From assembly GCA_963845755.1 (NCBI GenBank), contig CAWJTV010000036.1, forward strand, positions 352,001-416,000: 64,000 nt of DNA, in the 5' to 3' direction. Shown here piece after piece: positions 1 to 11,081 of the stretch. This stretch comes from an uncultured Planctomycetota bacterium. GTDB lineage: Bacteria; Planctomycetota; Planctomycetia; Isosphaerales; Isosphaeraceae. Both the position numbers and the translations under genes were made by a program. The notes beneath the pieces were generated by a model. It ran no database searches. It was not told the origin of the DNA and saw only the letters and a list, made by a program, of their open reading frames with translations. Each line of letters begins with the position of its first letter. Position 1 is the stretch's first letter.

Positions 1-60
1 GGTGTTGGCCGCGATCTCGGGCTCCAGGAGGACGACGTGCAGCCTTTCGTCATGAGTCAT
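1..60 (-). CDS. trmL: tRNA (cytidine/uridine-34 2'-O)-methyltransferase TrmL, 5' end only (runs off window)
   Basis: Reverse strand from 60 reads MTHDERLHVVLLEPEIAANT, matching the SPOUT TrmL N-terminal motif lhivLyEPEIppNTG; only 20 codons visible. Confidence 0.7.
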   Translation of the reverse strand, partial: MTHDERLHVVLLEPEIAANT

Positions 61-81
61 CGGTTAACCCGTCGGAGGGTT

Positions 82-3000
82 TCACGCGGAGACGCGGACG
101 GAAGGGAGGGCTCTAATGACTCGCATGCGTCGGAGCGTGGGGATGGGCGACCCCATGACCGTGCCCCTTCCCGTGACCGGCGCCGTTCCCATTCCCGTCG
201 GCCGCCAGGGCGAACTCCGGGCTGAGATGGCCGTCGTGGCCGGAAGGCCGTCGTGGGATTTCTCCGGCTCCCCTTCGTTGTCCTCGTCATCCGCCGGGCG
301 AGCCGCGGCGCGTCGGTCGCTGAACCACTGGATGACGTAGTAGAACACCGGGGTCAGGAAGATGCCGAACAGCGTCACGCCGAGCATGCCGCTGAAGACG
401 GCGATGCCGAGCGTTTGCCGCATCTCGGCACCCGCGCCGACGGAGACCATCAGCGGGACCACGCCGAGGATGAAGGCGAACGAGGTCATCATGATCGGCC
501 GCAACCGGAGCTCGCAGGCTTCGAGCGTGGCCGCCTCGCGGGTCGAGCCGGCCTCGCGCTGGGCCTTGGCGAACTCGACGATCAAGATCGCGTTCTTGCA
601 CGCCAGCCCCACCAGCACGATGAAGCCGACCTGGGTGAAGATGTTGATGTCCATATGCGCCAGGTTCACGCCGACGATCGAGCAGAGCAAGCACATCGGC
701 ACGACCAGGATCACCGCCAGGGGCAGCGACCAGCTTTCATACTGGGCCGCCAGGACCAGGAAGACGAGCACGACGGCCAGGGTGAAGGCGAACATGGCCG
801 TGTTGCCGGTCTGGAGCTGCAAGAGCGCCAGCTCGGTCCACTGCGGGCGCATGGCCTGCGGCAGCTCCTGCTGGACGAGCTTCTCCATGGACTTGATCGC
901 CTGGCCCGAACTGGTGCCCGGTGCCGGGTTCAGGTTGATCGTCGACGAAGGATACAGGTTATACCGGATGATCATCACCGGGCCGCTGACGTCGCGAACC
1001 GAGGCAATGCTGCCGATCGGCACCATCCCGCCCGTCTCGTTCCGCACCCGCAACGCCGTCAGGTCGCTGATCTGCTTGCGGAAGTTGGCGTCCCCCTGGA
1101 CGTTGACCTGCCACGTACGGCCGAACAGGTTGAAGTCGTTGACATACAGCGAGCCCAGGTACACTTGCAGAGTATTGAACAGCTCGGCGATCGACACACC
1201 CGCCAGCTTGGCCTTGTCGCGGTCGATGTCCAGATACAGCCACGGGGTATTGGCCCGGAAGCTGGTGAACAGCCCCGAAAGCTGTTGCGCAAACGGCGGC
1301 TCCTGCGAGCCGGCGACGATCCGGTTGGCGACGCCTTCGATCTCCTGCGAGCCCAGGTCGCCGCGATCCTCGACGACGATCTTGAAGCCGCCCGCGGTCC
1401 CCAGGCCGTCGACCGGCGGCGCCTCGAAGACGTTGACCAGGCCGTCCTTGATCTCCTGCTGGAGCGCGGCCTCCAGTTTCGCGGCGATCACGGGGCCGGT
1501 CAGGCCCTCGTGGGCCCGGTGGTGGAAGTCGTCGAGCATCACGTACATCGCGCCGAAGTTGGGCGCGTTGGCATTCATCAGGATCGACTGGCCGGCGATC
1601 GACAGCGTGTGCGACACACCGGGCAGGTCCAGTGCCAGCCGCTCCACCTGGGCCATCACCTTTTGGGTCCGTTCCAGCGATGACGAGTCGGGGAGCTGGA
1701 CGTTGACCAGCAGGTACCCCTTGTCCTGCGGGGGGATGAACCCGGTGGGGGTCTGGGTCATGCCCCAATAGGTCAGACCCAGCAGGCCGCCGTAGAGCAA
1801 GAGCACCAGGGCGCTGATCCGCAGCAACCCCCCGACCACGCGGGTATAGATCGACGTGGCGGCGTCGAACCCCTTGTTGAACAGGTAGAAGACCCAGCCG
1901 AAGGCGCGATTGAGCAGGCTGCTAACCAGCCAGCCGGCGGCCGCGCCGGCGGCCAGCCCGGCGAGCTTCGCCGTCAACGCGGCCGACAGCCAGGCGCTGC
2001 CCAGATGCAAGCCTCGCGACTCGGCCAGCCTGAGCAACTCCGGACCGAGCAGCGCATAACCCGCCCAGCCGCCGACCGCCACGAAGGCCGGCCACGGCAA
2101 GGCCTGGAAGACGCCCTTGACCCGCGGCTTCAAGAGCAGGGCCGCCAGGGCGGGGCTCAGGGTCAGCGAGTTGAACGCCGAGATCACCGTCGAGGTCGCG
2201 ATCGTCAGGGCGAACTGGCGGTAGAACTGGCCGGAGATCCCCGTGATGAACGCACACGGGATGAACACCGCCGTGAGCACCAGGCCCACCGCGATCACCG
2301 GCGACGAGACCTGGGTCATGGCCGTGATCGTCGCCTCGCGCGGGGCCAAGCCCAGCTCGATGTGGTGCTCGACCGCCTCCACGACGACGATGGCGTCGTC
2401 GACCACGATGCCGATGGCCAGCACCAGCCCGAACAGCGTCAGGTTGTTGAGCGAGAAACCCAGCGCGGCCATCACGGCGAAGGTGCCGACGATCGCCACC
2501 GGCACCGCCACCAGCGGGATCAGCGCGGAACGCCAGTTCTGCAAGAACAAGAGCACGACGAATGCGACCAGGATCACGGCGTCGCGGAGGGTATTGAAGA
2601 CCTCGTTGACCGACTCGACGATGAACGGCGTCGTATCGTAGGCGATGGCGTAGTCCACCCCCTCGGGAAACCGCTCCTTGAGCTCCTTCATCTTGTCGCG
2701 GACCAGCTCGGCGGTCTCCAGAGCGTTGGAGCCGGGGCGCTGGTAGACCGACAGCGCCACCGTGGGCTGGCCGTCGAGCGTGCACGCCTGGTCGTAGCCC
2801 TGGGCGCCCAGCTCGACCCGCCCCACGTCGCGGAGCCGCACCACGCCCCCCTGGGTGTCGGTCTTCAGGATCATCTCCGAGAACTGGTCGACGTCCCTGA
2901 GGCGGCCCAGCGTCGTGATCGTGAACTGGAACGCCTGCCCGGTGGGGACCGGAGGCTGGCCGAGCTGGCCGGCGGCGACCTGGATGTTCTGCTGAGTGAT

Positions 3001-3621
3001 CGCGTCGACCACGTCCGAGCTGGTCAGGTTGCGGAACGACATCTTCTCCGGGTCGAGCCAGATCCGCATGCTGTAGTTTCGCTGGCCGATGTAGGTGATG
3101 TCGCCCACGCCATCGAGCCGCGCCAGCTCGTCGCGAAGCTGGATCGTGGCGTAGTTGCTCAGGTACAGGTTGTCCCGGCTGTTGTCGGGCGAGAAGACGT
3201 TGACGATCATCAGGATGCTGGGCGACTTCTTCTTGACCGCCACCCCGCGCCGCTTGACCAGGTCGGGCAGGATCGGCTCGGCCAGCGACTCGCGGTTCTG
3301 CACCAGCACCTGGGCCATGTTCAGGTCGACGCCGTGCTTGAAGGTGACCGTCAGGGTATAGTTGCCGTCGTTGGTGCACTGCGACGACATGTACATCATG
3401 TTCTCGACGCCGTTGACCTGCTGCTCGATCGGCGCGGCGACGGTGTCGGCGACCACCTGGGCGTTGGCGCCGGGATAGTAGGCCGAGACCTCGACCGTGG
3501 GCGGCGTGATGTCGGGATACTGGGCCACCGGCAGCGTGTACACGCTGATCCCGCCGGCCAGCGTGATCACGATGGACAGCACCGCGGCGAAGATCGGCCG
3601 GTCGATGAAGAAGCGAGACAC
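82..3621 (-). CDS. RND efflux permease (AcrB/HAE1 family), second copy
   Basis: GTG at 3621 with GGAG RBS at ~3632-3635; VSRFFIDRPIFAAVLS, GIVVDDAIVVVE, GLACKNAILIVEFA, RLRPIMMTSFAFILG. The true C-terminus may end at TAG ~113 after a frameshift. Confidence 0.93.
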   Translation of the reverse strand: MSRFFIDRPIFAAVLSIVITLAGGISVYTLPVAQYPDITPPTVEVSAYYPGANAQVVADTVAAPIEQQVNGVENMMYMSSQCTNDGNYTLTVTFKHGVDLNMAQVLVQNRESLAEPILPDLVKRRGVAVKKKSPSILMIVNVFSPDNSRDNLYLSNYATIQLRDELARLDGVGDITYIGQRNYSMRIWLDPEKMSFRNLTSSDVVDAITQQNIQVAAGQLGQPPVPTGQAFQFTITTLGRLRDVDQFSEMILKTDTQGGVVRLRDVGRVELGAQGYDQACTLDGQPTVALSVYQRPGSNALETAELVRDKMKELKERFPEGVDYAIAYDTTPFIVESVNEVFNTLRDAVILVAFVVLLFLQNWRSALIPLVAVPVAIVGTFAVMAALGFSLNNLTLFGLVLAIGIVVDDAIVVVEAVEHHIELGLAPREATITAMTQVSSPVIAVGLVLTAVFIPCAFITGISGQFYRQFALTIATSTVISAFNSLTLSPALAALLLKPRVKGVFQALPWPAFVAVGGWAGYALLGPELLRLAESRGLHLGSAWLSAALTAKLAGLAAGAAAGWLVSSLLNRAFGWVFYLFNKGFDAATSIYTRVVGGLLRISALVLLLYGGLLGLTYWGMTQTPTGFIPPQDKGYLLVNVQLPDSSSLERTQKVMAQVERLALDLPGVSHTLSIAGQSILMNANAPNFGAMYVMLDDFHHRAHEGLTGPVIAAKLEAALQQEIKDGLVNVFEAPPVDGLGTAGGFKIVVEDRGDLGSQEIEGVANRIVAGSQEPPFAQQLSGLFTSFRANTPWLYLDIDRDKAKLAGVSIAELFNTLQVYLGSLYVNDFNLFGRTWQVNVQGDANFRKQISDLTALRVRNETGGMVPIGSIASVRDVSGPVMIIRYNLYPSSTINLNPAPGTSSGQAIKSMEKLVQQELPQAMRPQWTELALLQLQTGNTAMFAFTLAVVLVFLVLAAQYESWSLPLAVILVVPMCLLCSIVGVNLAHMDINIFTQVGFIVLVGLACKNAILIVEFAKAQREAGSTREAATLEACELRLRPIMMTSFAFILGVVPLMVSVGAGAEMRQTLGIAVFSGMLGVTLFGIFLTPVFYYVIQWFSDRRAAARPADDEDNEGEPEKSHDGLPATTAISARSSPWRPTGMGTAPVTGRGTVMGSPIPTLRRMRVIRALPSVRVSA

Positions 3622-3628
3622 GGGATCG

Positions 3629-6600
3629 TCACTCCTGTTCCACGAACTCGAGCGATTGGGACTCGGACTCCACCGCGGGGGACAGCTCCGGCAAAGCCGC
3701 CGGCTTGGACGTCGGTCCCTCCGACAAGGGCGCCGGCCTGGACGGTTGCCACTCGGCCCATCGCGACGGCCGCCACAGGTAGCTCGAGGGTGAGGATCCC
3801 CAGGGCGATCGAGGCGATGCGCCGCACCCGGGGCGAGGCGAAGAAGTGGGATTCGCTCACCGAGTCGATCAGGTAGAAGAACACGGGCGTCAGCAGGATG
3901 CCGAAGAACGTCACGCCCAGCATGCCGCTGAAGACGGCCATGCCCAGCGAGCGCCGCATCTCGGCGCCGGCGCCGTGGGCGAACAACAGCGGCAGCACGC
4001 CCAGGATGAAGGCGAACGACGTCATGATGATCGGCCGCAGCCGCAGCCGGCACGCCTCCAGCGTCGCCTCCCGGATCGGATGGCCCGAGCGGCGGATCAC
4101 CTTGGCGAACTCGACGATCAAGATCGCGTTCTTGCTGGCCAGGCCCACCAGCACGACCAGGCCGATCTGGGTGAAGATATTGATATCCAGGTGGGCCGCA
4201 TTCACCCCGATCAAGGCACCCAGGACGCACAGCGGCACCGACAGGATCACGGCCAGCGGCATCGACCAGCTCTCGAACTGCGCCGCCAGCACCAGGAAGA
4301 CCATGACGATCGAGAACGCGAAGACGATCATGGCCGTGTTGCCGGCCTGGAGCTCGAGGTAGGCCAGCTCGGTCCACTCGTAGCTCATCGACTTGGGCAG
4401 CTCTTCCCGGGCGAGCTGCGACATCACGTCGATGGCGCGCCCCGAGCTGACGCCGGGCCGCGCGTTGCCGTTGATCGAGGCCGCCGGGTACATGTTGTAC
4501 CGGGTCAAGACCAGCGGGCCGTTGACCAGTTGAACGTCGGCCACCGCGCCGATGGGCACCATCGTCGCCGCCCGAGTTGCGCACCCGCAGCCGGCGGATA
4601 TCGTCCATCTGGTCGCGGTACTTGGCCTCGGCCTGCGCGATGACCTGCCAGGTGCGGCCGAAGAGGTTGAAGTCGTTGACGTACAGCGAGCCCAGGTACA
4701 CCTGGAGCGCCTGGAAGACGTCCTGGATCTTGACTCCCTTGAGCATCAGCGCCGTGCGGTCGACATCGAGGAACACCTGCGGCACGTTGGCCCGGAAGAC
4801 CGAGGTATTGCCCCCGGGTACCAGCTCCGGTTGCTGGTTGGCCAGGTCCACGATGTTCTCGGTCTGCGCCTGGAGCGGCCGGGGCCCCAGGTCGCCCCGG
4901 TCCTCGACCATGATCATGAAGCCGCCGGCCCGGCCCACGCCCCGCACCGGCGGCGGGCCGAAGATCATGATGGTGGCTTCGGGGATCTCCGCGCCGAGCC
5001 GTGCCCGCAACTTGTTGGCGATCACCTCGTAGTAGAGGTCGTCGGTCCTCCGCTTGTCGAAGGGCTTGAGCGTGACGAACATCGTGCCGAAGTTCGACCC
5101 GAAGGCATTCAGGAGGATCGACTGGCCGCAGATCCCCACCGTGGCGTTGACGCCCGGGATCTCGTGAGCGATCCCGTTGATCCGGTCGATCACGGCTTGC
5201 GTCCGCTCGAGGGCGGCCGAGTCGGGGAGCTGGATGTTGACCAGCAGGTAGCCCATGTCCTGCGACGGGATGAAGCCGCGGGGCGTCTTGGTGAAGCCCC
5301 AGTAGGTCAGGCCCAGCAGGCCGCCGTAGACCAGGAGCACCAGGACGAAGACCCGCAGCATGCCCCCCACGAACCGGGAATAGCCGTTGGCCGTGGCCGT
5401 GAACCCGCGATTGAACCGGTCGAAGACGACCCCCAACACCCGGTTCGCCGGCCACATGACGACCAGGCAGGCCACCGCCCCCGCCAGGAGCGAGCCCAGC
5501 AGGGCCGCCCGCTCCCGCGGGATGCCGGCATCCTTCGCCAGCTCGAAGCCGCGCGCGATCGCCGCCCCGACACCCGCGGCGTGCGACGCCCCCTCGCCCG
5601 AGTGCTCCAGCACGTAGGGCAACATCCACGCGTAGCCCGCCCAGGCCCCGACCAGCACGAACGCCGGCCAGGGCAACCTGTCGTAGACTCCCTTGCGTCG
5701 CGGCTTCAGCAGCATCGCGGCCAGGGCCGGGCTCAGGGTCAGCGAGTTCACGGTCGAGATCACGGTCGACGAGGCGATCGTCAGCGCGAATTGCCGGAAG
5801 AACTGCCCGGTGATCCCCGAGATGAACGCGCACGGGATGAACACCGCGGAGAGCACCAGCCCCACCGCGATCACCGGCGCCGAGACCTCGCTCATCGCCT
5901 TGAGCGTGGCGGCGCGGGGCTTCAGCCCGTGCTCGATGTGGTGCTCGACCGCCTCGACCACCACGATCGCGTCATCCACCACGATGCCGATGGCCAGCAC
6001 CAGCCCGAACAGCGTCAGGTTGTTCAGCGAGAACCCCATCACCAGCATCACGGCGAACGTGCCCACGATCCCCACCGGCACCGCCACCAGCGGGATGATC
6101 GCCGACCGCCAGTTCTGGAGGAACACCAGCACGACCAGCGCCACCAGCATCACCGAGTCGAGCAGCGTCTTGAACACCTCCTGGATCGACTCGCGGATGA
6201 ACGGCGTGGTGTCGTAGCGGATCATGTAGTCGAGGCCTTCGGGGAAGTCTTTCTTCAGCTCCTCGATCTTGGCCTTGACGATGTCGGCGGTGTCCAGGGC
6301 GTTGGCATCGGGGAGCTGGAAGATGGCCAGGTTGGCCACCGGCTGGCCGTCGACCTTGCTGCTGGTGTCCTGGTTCTTCGCGCCCAGCTCGACGCGGCCG
6401 ACGTCGCGGATCCGGACGATCCGGTCCTCGGCCGTCTTCTTGACGATGACCTTGGCGAACTGTTCGGGATCGACCAGCCGGCCCAGCGTCGTCAAGGTGA
6501 TCTGGGTCTTCTGGCCTTTCATCGTCGGCGACTGCCCGATCTGGCCGGCGGCCACCTGGAGGTTCTGCTCGCGCAGGGCGGCCACCACGTCGCCGGCGGT

Positions 6601-7200
6601 CATGTTCCGGATCGCCAGCTTGTCCGGGTCGAGCCAGATCCGCATGCTGTAGTCGCGCTGGCCGAACATCCTCACTTCGCTGATGCCCGGCAGCCGCGAC
6701 AGCTCGGGCTGGAGGTGGATCAGCGCGTAGTTGCTCAGGTAGAGCTGGTCGAACCGGCCGTCGGGCGAGTAGATGCCGATCGCCAGCAAGATGTCCGGCG
6801 ACTGCTTCTTGGTCGTGACCCCGGTCGCCTTGATCACGTCGGGCAGCAGCGGCATGGCCAGCGCGACGCGGTTCTGCACCAGCACCTGCGCCAGGTTCAT
6901 GTCGATGCCGTGCTTGAAGGTCACGGTCAGGCTGTAGTTGCCGTCGTTGGCCGACGTCGAGGACATATACATCATGTTCTCGACGCCGTTGACCTGCTGC
7001 TCGATCGGCGCGGCCACGGTCTCGGCGACCACCTGGGCGCTGGCGCCGGGATACTGGCAGGTCACGCTGACCGTCGGCGGCGAGATCGGGGGATACATCG
7101 CGATCGGCAGCGCCCAGAGCGAGAGCCCTCCGGCGAGCGTGATCGCGATCGACAGCACCGTGGCGAAGATCGGCCGGTCGATGAAGAAGCGAGAGAACAC
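3629..7200 (-). CDS. RND efflux permease (AcrB/HAE1 family), first copy, frameshifted near 4565
   Basis: MFSRFFIDRPIFATVLS...GIVVDDAIVVVE in ORF 82..7200; C-terminal part (GLASKNAILIVEFA, RLRPIIMTSFAFILG) continues in ORF 3567..4562; 3' end approximate. Confidence 0.9.
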
Positions 7201-7313
7201 GGGAAGGGCTCGCTCCGTGGGTCGGTGGTCAGTGGTCAGTGGTCCGTGGAGACGGAATCGCTCCTCCGCCCCGTGCCACTGCCTACGTGTCGCCTGAGGA
7301 TTGGGAGCCGCGC

Positions 7314-8678
7314 TCAGTGGGCGGTGCGGGAGTCTTGGCGGGACTGGCTCGACTTCCCGCCCGCCGGCCGGATCGGGGCTGTCGGCCGGGTTGCCGAGTC
7401 CTGGCCGATGCCGAAATCGCGCTCGGAGGGCTTGGCCGTCTCGGCGGCCTTGGTCGCGACGGGCTTGGCTTTCTCGGCGGCCTTGGCCTTCTCGGCGGCC
7501 GGCTTCTCATCGTACTTCTCGACCTTCACCTCGATCCCGGGGCGGAGCCGCTGCAACCCCGCGACGACCACCCAGTCGCCCGGCTCGATCCCCTTCTCGA
7601 CCTCGCGGTATCCGTCGCGCAGCACGCCGACGTTCCCGACATCGCGCACCATGGCGAGTTGGACCTTCTTGCCCTCCTTGTTCTCCTGCTCCTTGACGAC
7701 GTAGACGGTCTTGCGGCCCTGATCGGACACCAGCGCCTGCTCGCGGATCATCAGCGCGGGGTGGGGATCGCCGATCGGCAGCCGCACCTTCACGAACAGG
7801 CCCGGCACGATGAAGCGGTTGCCGTGGGCGTCGGCGGGGTTGTCGATCCTGGCCCGGAACCGTAAGGTGCCGGTGTTGAGGTCCACCCGGTTGTCGGTGA
7901 AGTCGACGACTCCTCGGTGCGGGAAGTCCGACTCGTCGGCCAGGCCGATCTGGACGGGCACCGCTTTCTCCCCCTGGGCCTGGAGCTTGAGCTTGCCCTC
8001 CTGCATCAGCCGCTTGATCCGCAGCATGGCCTGCTCGTGGACGTCGAAGTAGACGTAGAGCGGATCCAGGCTGACGATCGAGGTGAGCACCGTGTCGTCG
8101 GCCTTGATCAGGTTGCCGGGATCGACCATCCGCCGGCTGAGCAGCCCGGCGATCGGGGCGCGGACCTCGGTCCACTCCAGGTTGAGCGCGGCCAGGTCGC
8201 GGTTGGCCTTGGCGACCTCCAGGTTGGCCTCGGCTTCGTCGTAATCGGCCTTGTAACGGTCGTGCTCTTCCTGGCTGACCGATCGCGAGCCCAGCAGGTT
8301 CTTGGCCCGAACGTATTCCTTCTTGAGCCGCTCGACGTGGGCCTCATATTGTGCCACGGTCCCCTGGGCCCGATGCAAGTCGGCCTGGTACATCCGCGGG
8401 TCGATCTGGAAGAGCTTGGTGTCCTTCTCGACCATCGTGCCGTCCTTGAAGTAGACCGGGTCGTTCAGGTAGCCCGACACCCGCGCCCGAACCTGAATCG
8501 AATAGGGCGTATCGATGTCGCCGGGGAACTCCTCGTAATCGGTCACGACCTGCGTGATCGGCAGGTCATAGACGGCGATCGGGTTCGTCTTGACGGGTCC
8601 CGACTGCGCCTGCTGACATCCGGTGGCCGCCGCACTGGCCATCGGCAAGATCAGGACCATCCACCAGCGTCGATTCAT
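7314..8678 (-). CDS. RND periplasmic adaptor (membrane fusion protein), probable lipoprotein
   Basis: MNRRWWMVLILPMASAAATGC lipobox-like signal; VRARVSGYL, LFQIDPR, VRAPIAG, DNRVDLNTGTLRFRA motifs. Confidence 0.92.
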   Translation of the reverse strand: MNRRWWMVLILPMASAAATGCQQAQSGPVKTNPIAVYDLPITQVVTDYEEFPGDIDTPYSIQVRARVSGYLNDPVYFKDGTMVEKDTKLFQIDPRMYQADLHRAQGTVAQYEAHVERLKKEYVRAKNLLGSRSVSQEEHDRYKADYDEAEANLEVAKANRDLAALNLEWTEVRAPIAGLLSRRMVDPGNLIKADDTVLTSIVSLDPLYVYFDVHEQAMLRIKRLMQEGKLKLQAQGEKAVPVQIGLADESDFPHRGVVDFTDNRVDLNTGTLRFRARIDNPADAHGNRFIVPGLFVKVRLPIGDPHPALMIREQALVSDQGRKTVYVVKEQENKEGKKVQLAMVRDVGNVGVLRDGYREVEKGIEPGDWVVVAGLQRLRPGIEVKVEKYDEKPAAEKAKAAEKAKPVATKAAETAKPSERDFGIGQDSATRPTAPIRPAGGKSSQSRQDSRTAH

Positions 8679-9399
8679 GGGTATTCGCGCCTCCGAAGAG
8701 TCTCTTTTCCGATGCCGGGATCCGTGATGTCTCTGGCTCGCGGGCCGGCGGGCTGCTCGAAGTCCCGCAGGCGCGGTGCTGCCGTTCTTCGTGGGACAAG
8801 ATTCCCAGGAAGACGATGTCGAGGATTTCCTTCGCCTGGACATCCGGCGGCTTGGTCTCGCCATTGAAGAAGTTGGTGACCATGATGCCATACAGGACAT
8901 TGCTGACCACGTTGGTGATCTGCTCGACCGGCATGTCGCGGATCCGCCCCTGGGCGATCATGTCGCGATAGAGCTGCCGCCACCGCTCGATGTTGATGTC
9001 GCGGTGCTCGAAGTACGTTGGCCGTTTGCGATCCTTGAAATAGGCCCGCTCCTGGATCAAGAGCTCGACGAATGCGGGGTGCTCCGCGAAGAACTTCAGG
9101 AACGTGGCGATCGCCCGCTCCAGTCGCTCCAGTCCGTCCTGGACGTCCACGACCGCCGCGTTGACCTCTTCCTGGAGCCGGCGCATCACCCGATCCGTCG
9201 CGGCCAGGAACAGCGCCCGCTTGCTGGGGAAGTGGCGATAGATCGTCCCCTTGCCCACCCCCAGCCGCTCCGCCAGCGCCTGGGTCACCGCGTCGGAGAA
9301 CCCGTGCTCGGCGAACAGTTCGGTCGCTGTCTCCAGGATCTCCTCCTGACGCGCCAGGTTCGCTTCTTCGGAGCAACATCTCGTCTTTTTTTCGATCAC
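8566..9399 (-). CDS. TetR/AcrR family transcriptional regulator
   Basis: RQEEILETATELFAEHGFSDAVTQALAERLGVGKGTIYRHFPSKRALF HTH; heads the efflux operon; true stop may be at ~8675 (ATGA overlap with the adaptor gene) via a frameshift. Confidence 0.92.
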   Translation of the reverse strand: MIEKKTRCCSEEANLARQEEILETATELFAEHGFSDAVTQALAERLGVGKGTIYRHFPSKRALFLAATDRVMRRLQEEVNAAVVDVQDGLERLERAIATFLKFFAEHPAFVELLIQERAYFKDRKRPTYFEHRDINIERWRQLYRDMIAQGRIRDMPVEQITNVVSNVLYGIMVTNFFNGETKPPDVQAKEILDIVFLGILSHEERQHRACGTSSSPPAREPETSRIPASEKRLFGGANTHESTLVDGPDLADGQCGGHRMSAGAVGTRQDEPDRRL

Positions 9400-9426
9400 G
9401 GTTCCAATTCACCCCTTCTGGCATGC

Positions 9427-9444
9427 GGACTGACCGGTCAGTCC
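9427..9444. promoter_or_regulatory. Putative TetR operator (perfect 18-bp palindrome)
   Basis: GGACTGACCGGTCAGTCC is a perfect palindrome ~28 nt upstream of the TetR start. Confidence 0.7.
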
Positions 9445-9582
9445 ACATTGTAAGTAGCGACAATTGGACGTCAATGGCCCGAGAAACGCTTTTTTCCGCA
9501 GAGTCGGCACTTCGGCGTGGAAAAACGATGTAAGTCTAAAAATATCAGGGACTTAAAGACTGTCGTAATGACACCGAGTCAT

Positions 9583-9686
9583 CTCGTTCCCATGCTCCCA
9601 CGTGGGAATGCCGTCCTGGCCGCTCTGCGGCCCCGGCGACGCGGAGCGTCACACCCGGACGTTCCCATGCGGAGCATGGGAACGAG
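9583..9686. repeat. REP-like palindromic element (CTCGTTCCCA...TGGGAACGAG)
   Basis: Terminal inverted repeats CTCGTTCCCATGCTCC / GGAGCATGGGAACGAG; related copy at 13970-14081. Confidence 0.75.
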
Positions 9687-9953
9687 GATTCCGTGGGCGT
9701 CACGACGAAGACCTCACTCATTGAGCCTGGTTCCGTCGCTACAGTCGCGGCATTTATTTCGTTGCACCGAAAAGGGTTGTCGAGCATGGCCCAGGGTCGC
9801 GCAACGCACCCTGGGAACATAGGGCAAGCTTTCGGTGTCTTTACGCCGAAGGCATGACGTGGCCAAGCCCAGTGTCTCGCAGCACACTCTGGGGCGTACT
9901 CGCGCCGGATGGAGAATACGGAGAACATTTCCCACGAATCGAGGGCGGGAACC

Positions 9954-10349
9954 ATGATTGAGGCGATGATCATCAAGGTCGGTCGAACCCCGCGAATCGA
10001 GGGCTTGCGGATCACGGTCTTCGATGTCCTGGACTATCTCCAGGGGGATGGGACCCGATGGAGATCGCGCTGCTCTTCCGCCTGAGCACGCGCCAGGTTG
10101 AACGCGGCGGTCCGCTACATCGAGGAACATCGCGACGAGGTGATGGCGGATTACCAGCGGATCCTCGACCGTGACGCCCGTGGCAATCCCCCCAAGCTTC
10201 AGGCGAAGCTGGATGCCGGCCACGAGCGATTCCTGGCCATGGTCCGAGAGCGCCGCGAGGCCAAGAAGCGGGAGGGGCTGGATGCGGGCGGAGCCGAGGA
10301 AGTGGTAGGATATCCTGAAGAGTTCCACGATTGGGGGCGGAAATCATGA
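9954..10349 (+). CDS. DUF433 family antitoxin-like protein, copy 1 (frameshifted)
   Basis: MIEAMIIKVGRTPRIEGLRITVFDVLDYLQ, then AAVRYIEEHRDEVMA in another frame; paralogous to 10346 and 14176. Confidence 0.75.
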
Positions 10350-10699
10350 ACGAGGCGATGATCGTTGAAGCCGGTCGTAATCCCCGAATCGCGGGGACAC
10401 GGATCACGATCTACACGATCTTGGAGTACGTTCAAGAGGGTTGGCGCCCCGAGGATATCGCGTTCGGACTTCGTCTCACGAGAGAGCAGGTTGAGGCCGC
10501 GACCCGATATATCGAGGAGCATCGCGACGAGGTGATGGCCGAATACGCGAAGATCCGGGAGCGGATCGATCGCGGTAATCCGCCCGAGCTCCAGGCCAAA
10601 CTGGATGCCGCCCACGAGCGGCTCCAGGCCATGGTTCGCGACCGGCAACGATCGAATGGCCAGGAGGTCCATCATGCGGGGCATCCTCGCGGACAATGA
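10346..10699 (+). CDS. DUF433 family antitoxin-like protein, copy 2
   Basis: GRNPRIAGTRITIYTILEYVQEGWRPEDIAFGLRLTREQVEAATRY is a typical DUF433 wHTH pattern. Confidence 0.85.
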   Translation: MNEAMIVEAGRNPRIAGTRITIYTILEYVQEGWRPEDIAFGLRLTREQVEAATRYIEEHRDEVMAEYAKIRERIDRGNPPELQAKLDAAHERLQAMVRDRQRSNGQEVHHAGHPRGQ

Positions 10700-11081
10700 C
10701 GTCGAGGGGCTCGTGGTGCTCATCCACGCGATCTGGCTCTCCGATCCGTGGCGCGACTTCTGGAACGACCTCGGCCTCTCGATGCAGAGACTCCCCGACG
10801 TTGGACTCTCCCGATCATCTCCGGATGCCGTCGTCTGGAGGACCTGTCAAGAACAGCGCCTCGTCCTGGTCACGGGGAACCGCAACGCAGAGGTTCCGGA
10901 CTCGCTGGAGATGGTCATCCGCAGCGAGAACCAACCGGACAGCCTGCCCGTCGTCACCCTGGCGAATCCGCAACGCATCCTGCGGGACCGGCTCTATGCC
11001 GAGACGGTCGCCGAGCGGCTGCTGGAGAAGCTGATCGCCATCGACGACTTCCGCGGTACGGGGCGGATCTACGTACCGTGA
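10674..11081 (+). CDS. DUF5615-like PIN-domain (VapC45-like) toxin
   Basis: MRGILADNDVEG...PDAVVWRTCQEQRLVLVTGNRN; overlaps the upstream DUF433 gene. Confidence 0.75.
   Translation: MRGILADNDVEGLVVLIHAIWLSDPWRDFWNDLGLSMQRLPDVGLSRSSPDAVVWRTCQEQRLVLVTGNRNAEVPDSLEMVIRSENQPDSLPVVTLANPQRILRDRLYAETVAERLLEKLIAIDDFRGTGRIYVP

Noticed and set aside
82..7200. 2372-aa double-length RND fusion ORF
   Set aside because: A frameshift near 4565 moves permease 1 into the frame of permease 2; the linker is out-of-frame gibberish, the proper C-terminus is in ORF 3567..4562, and permease 2 has its own RBS and start
253..8867. Long antisense ORFs over the RND operon, and similar ones elsewhere
   Set aside because: Shadow ORFs caused by high GC3 on the opposite coding strand
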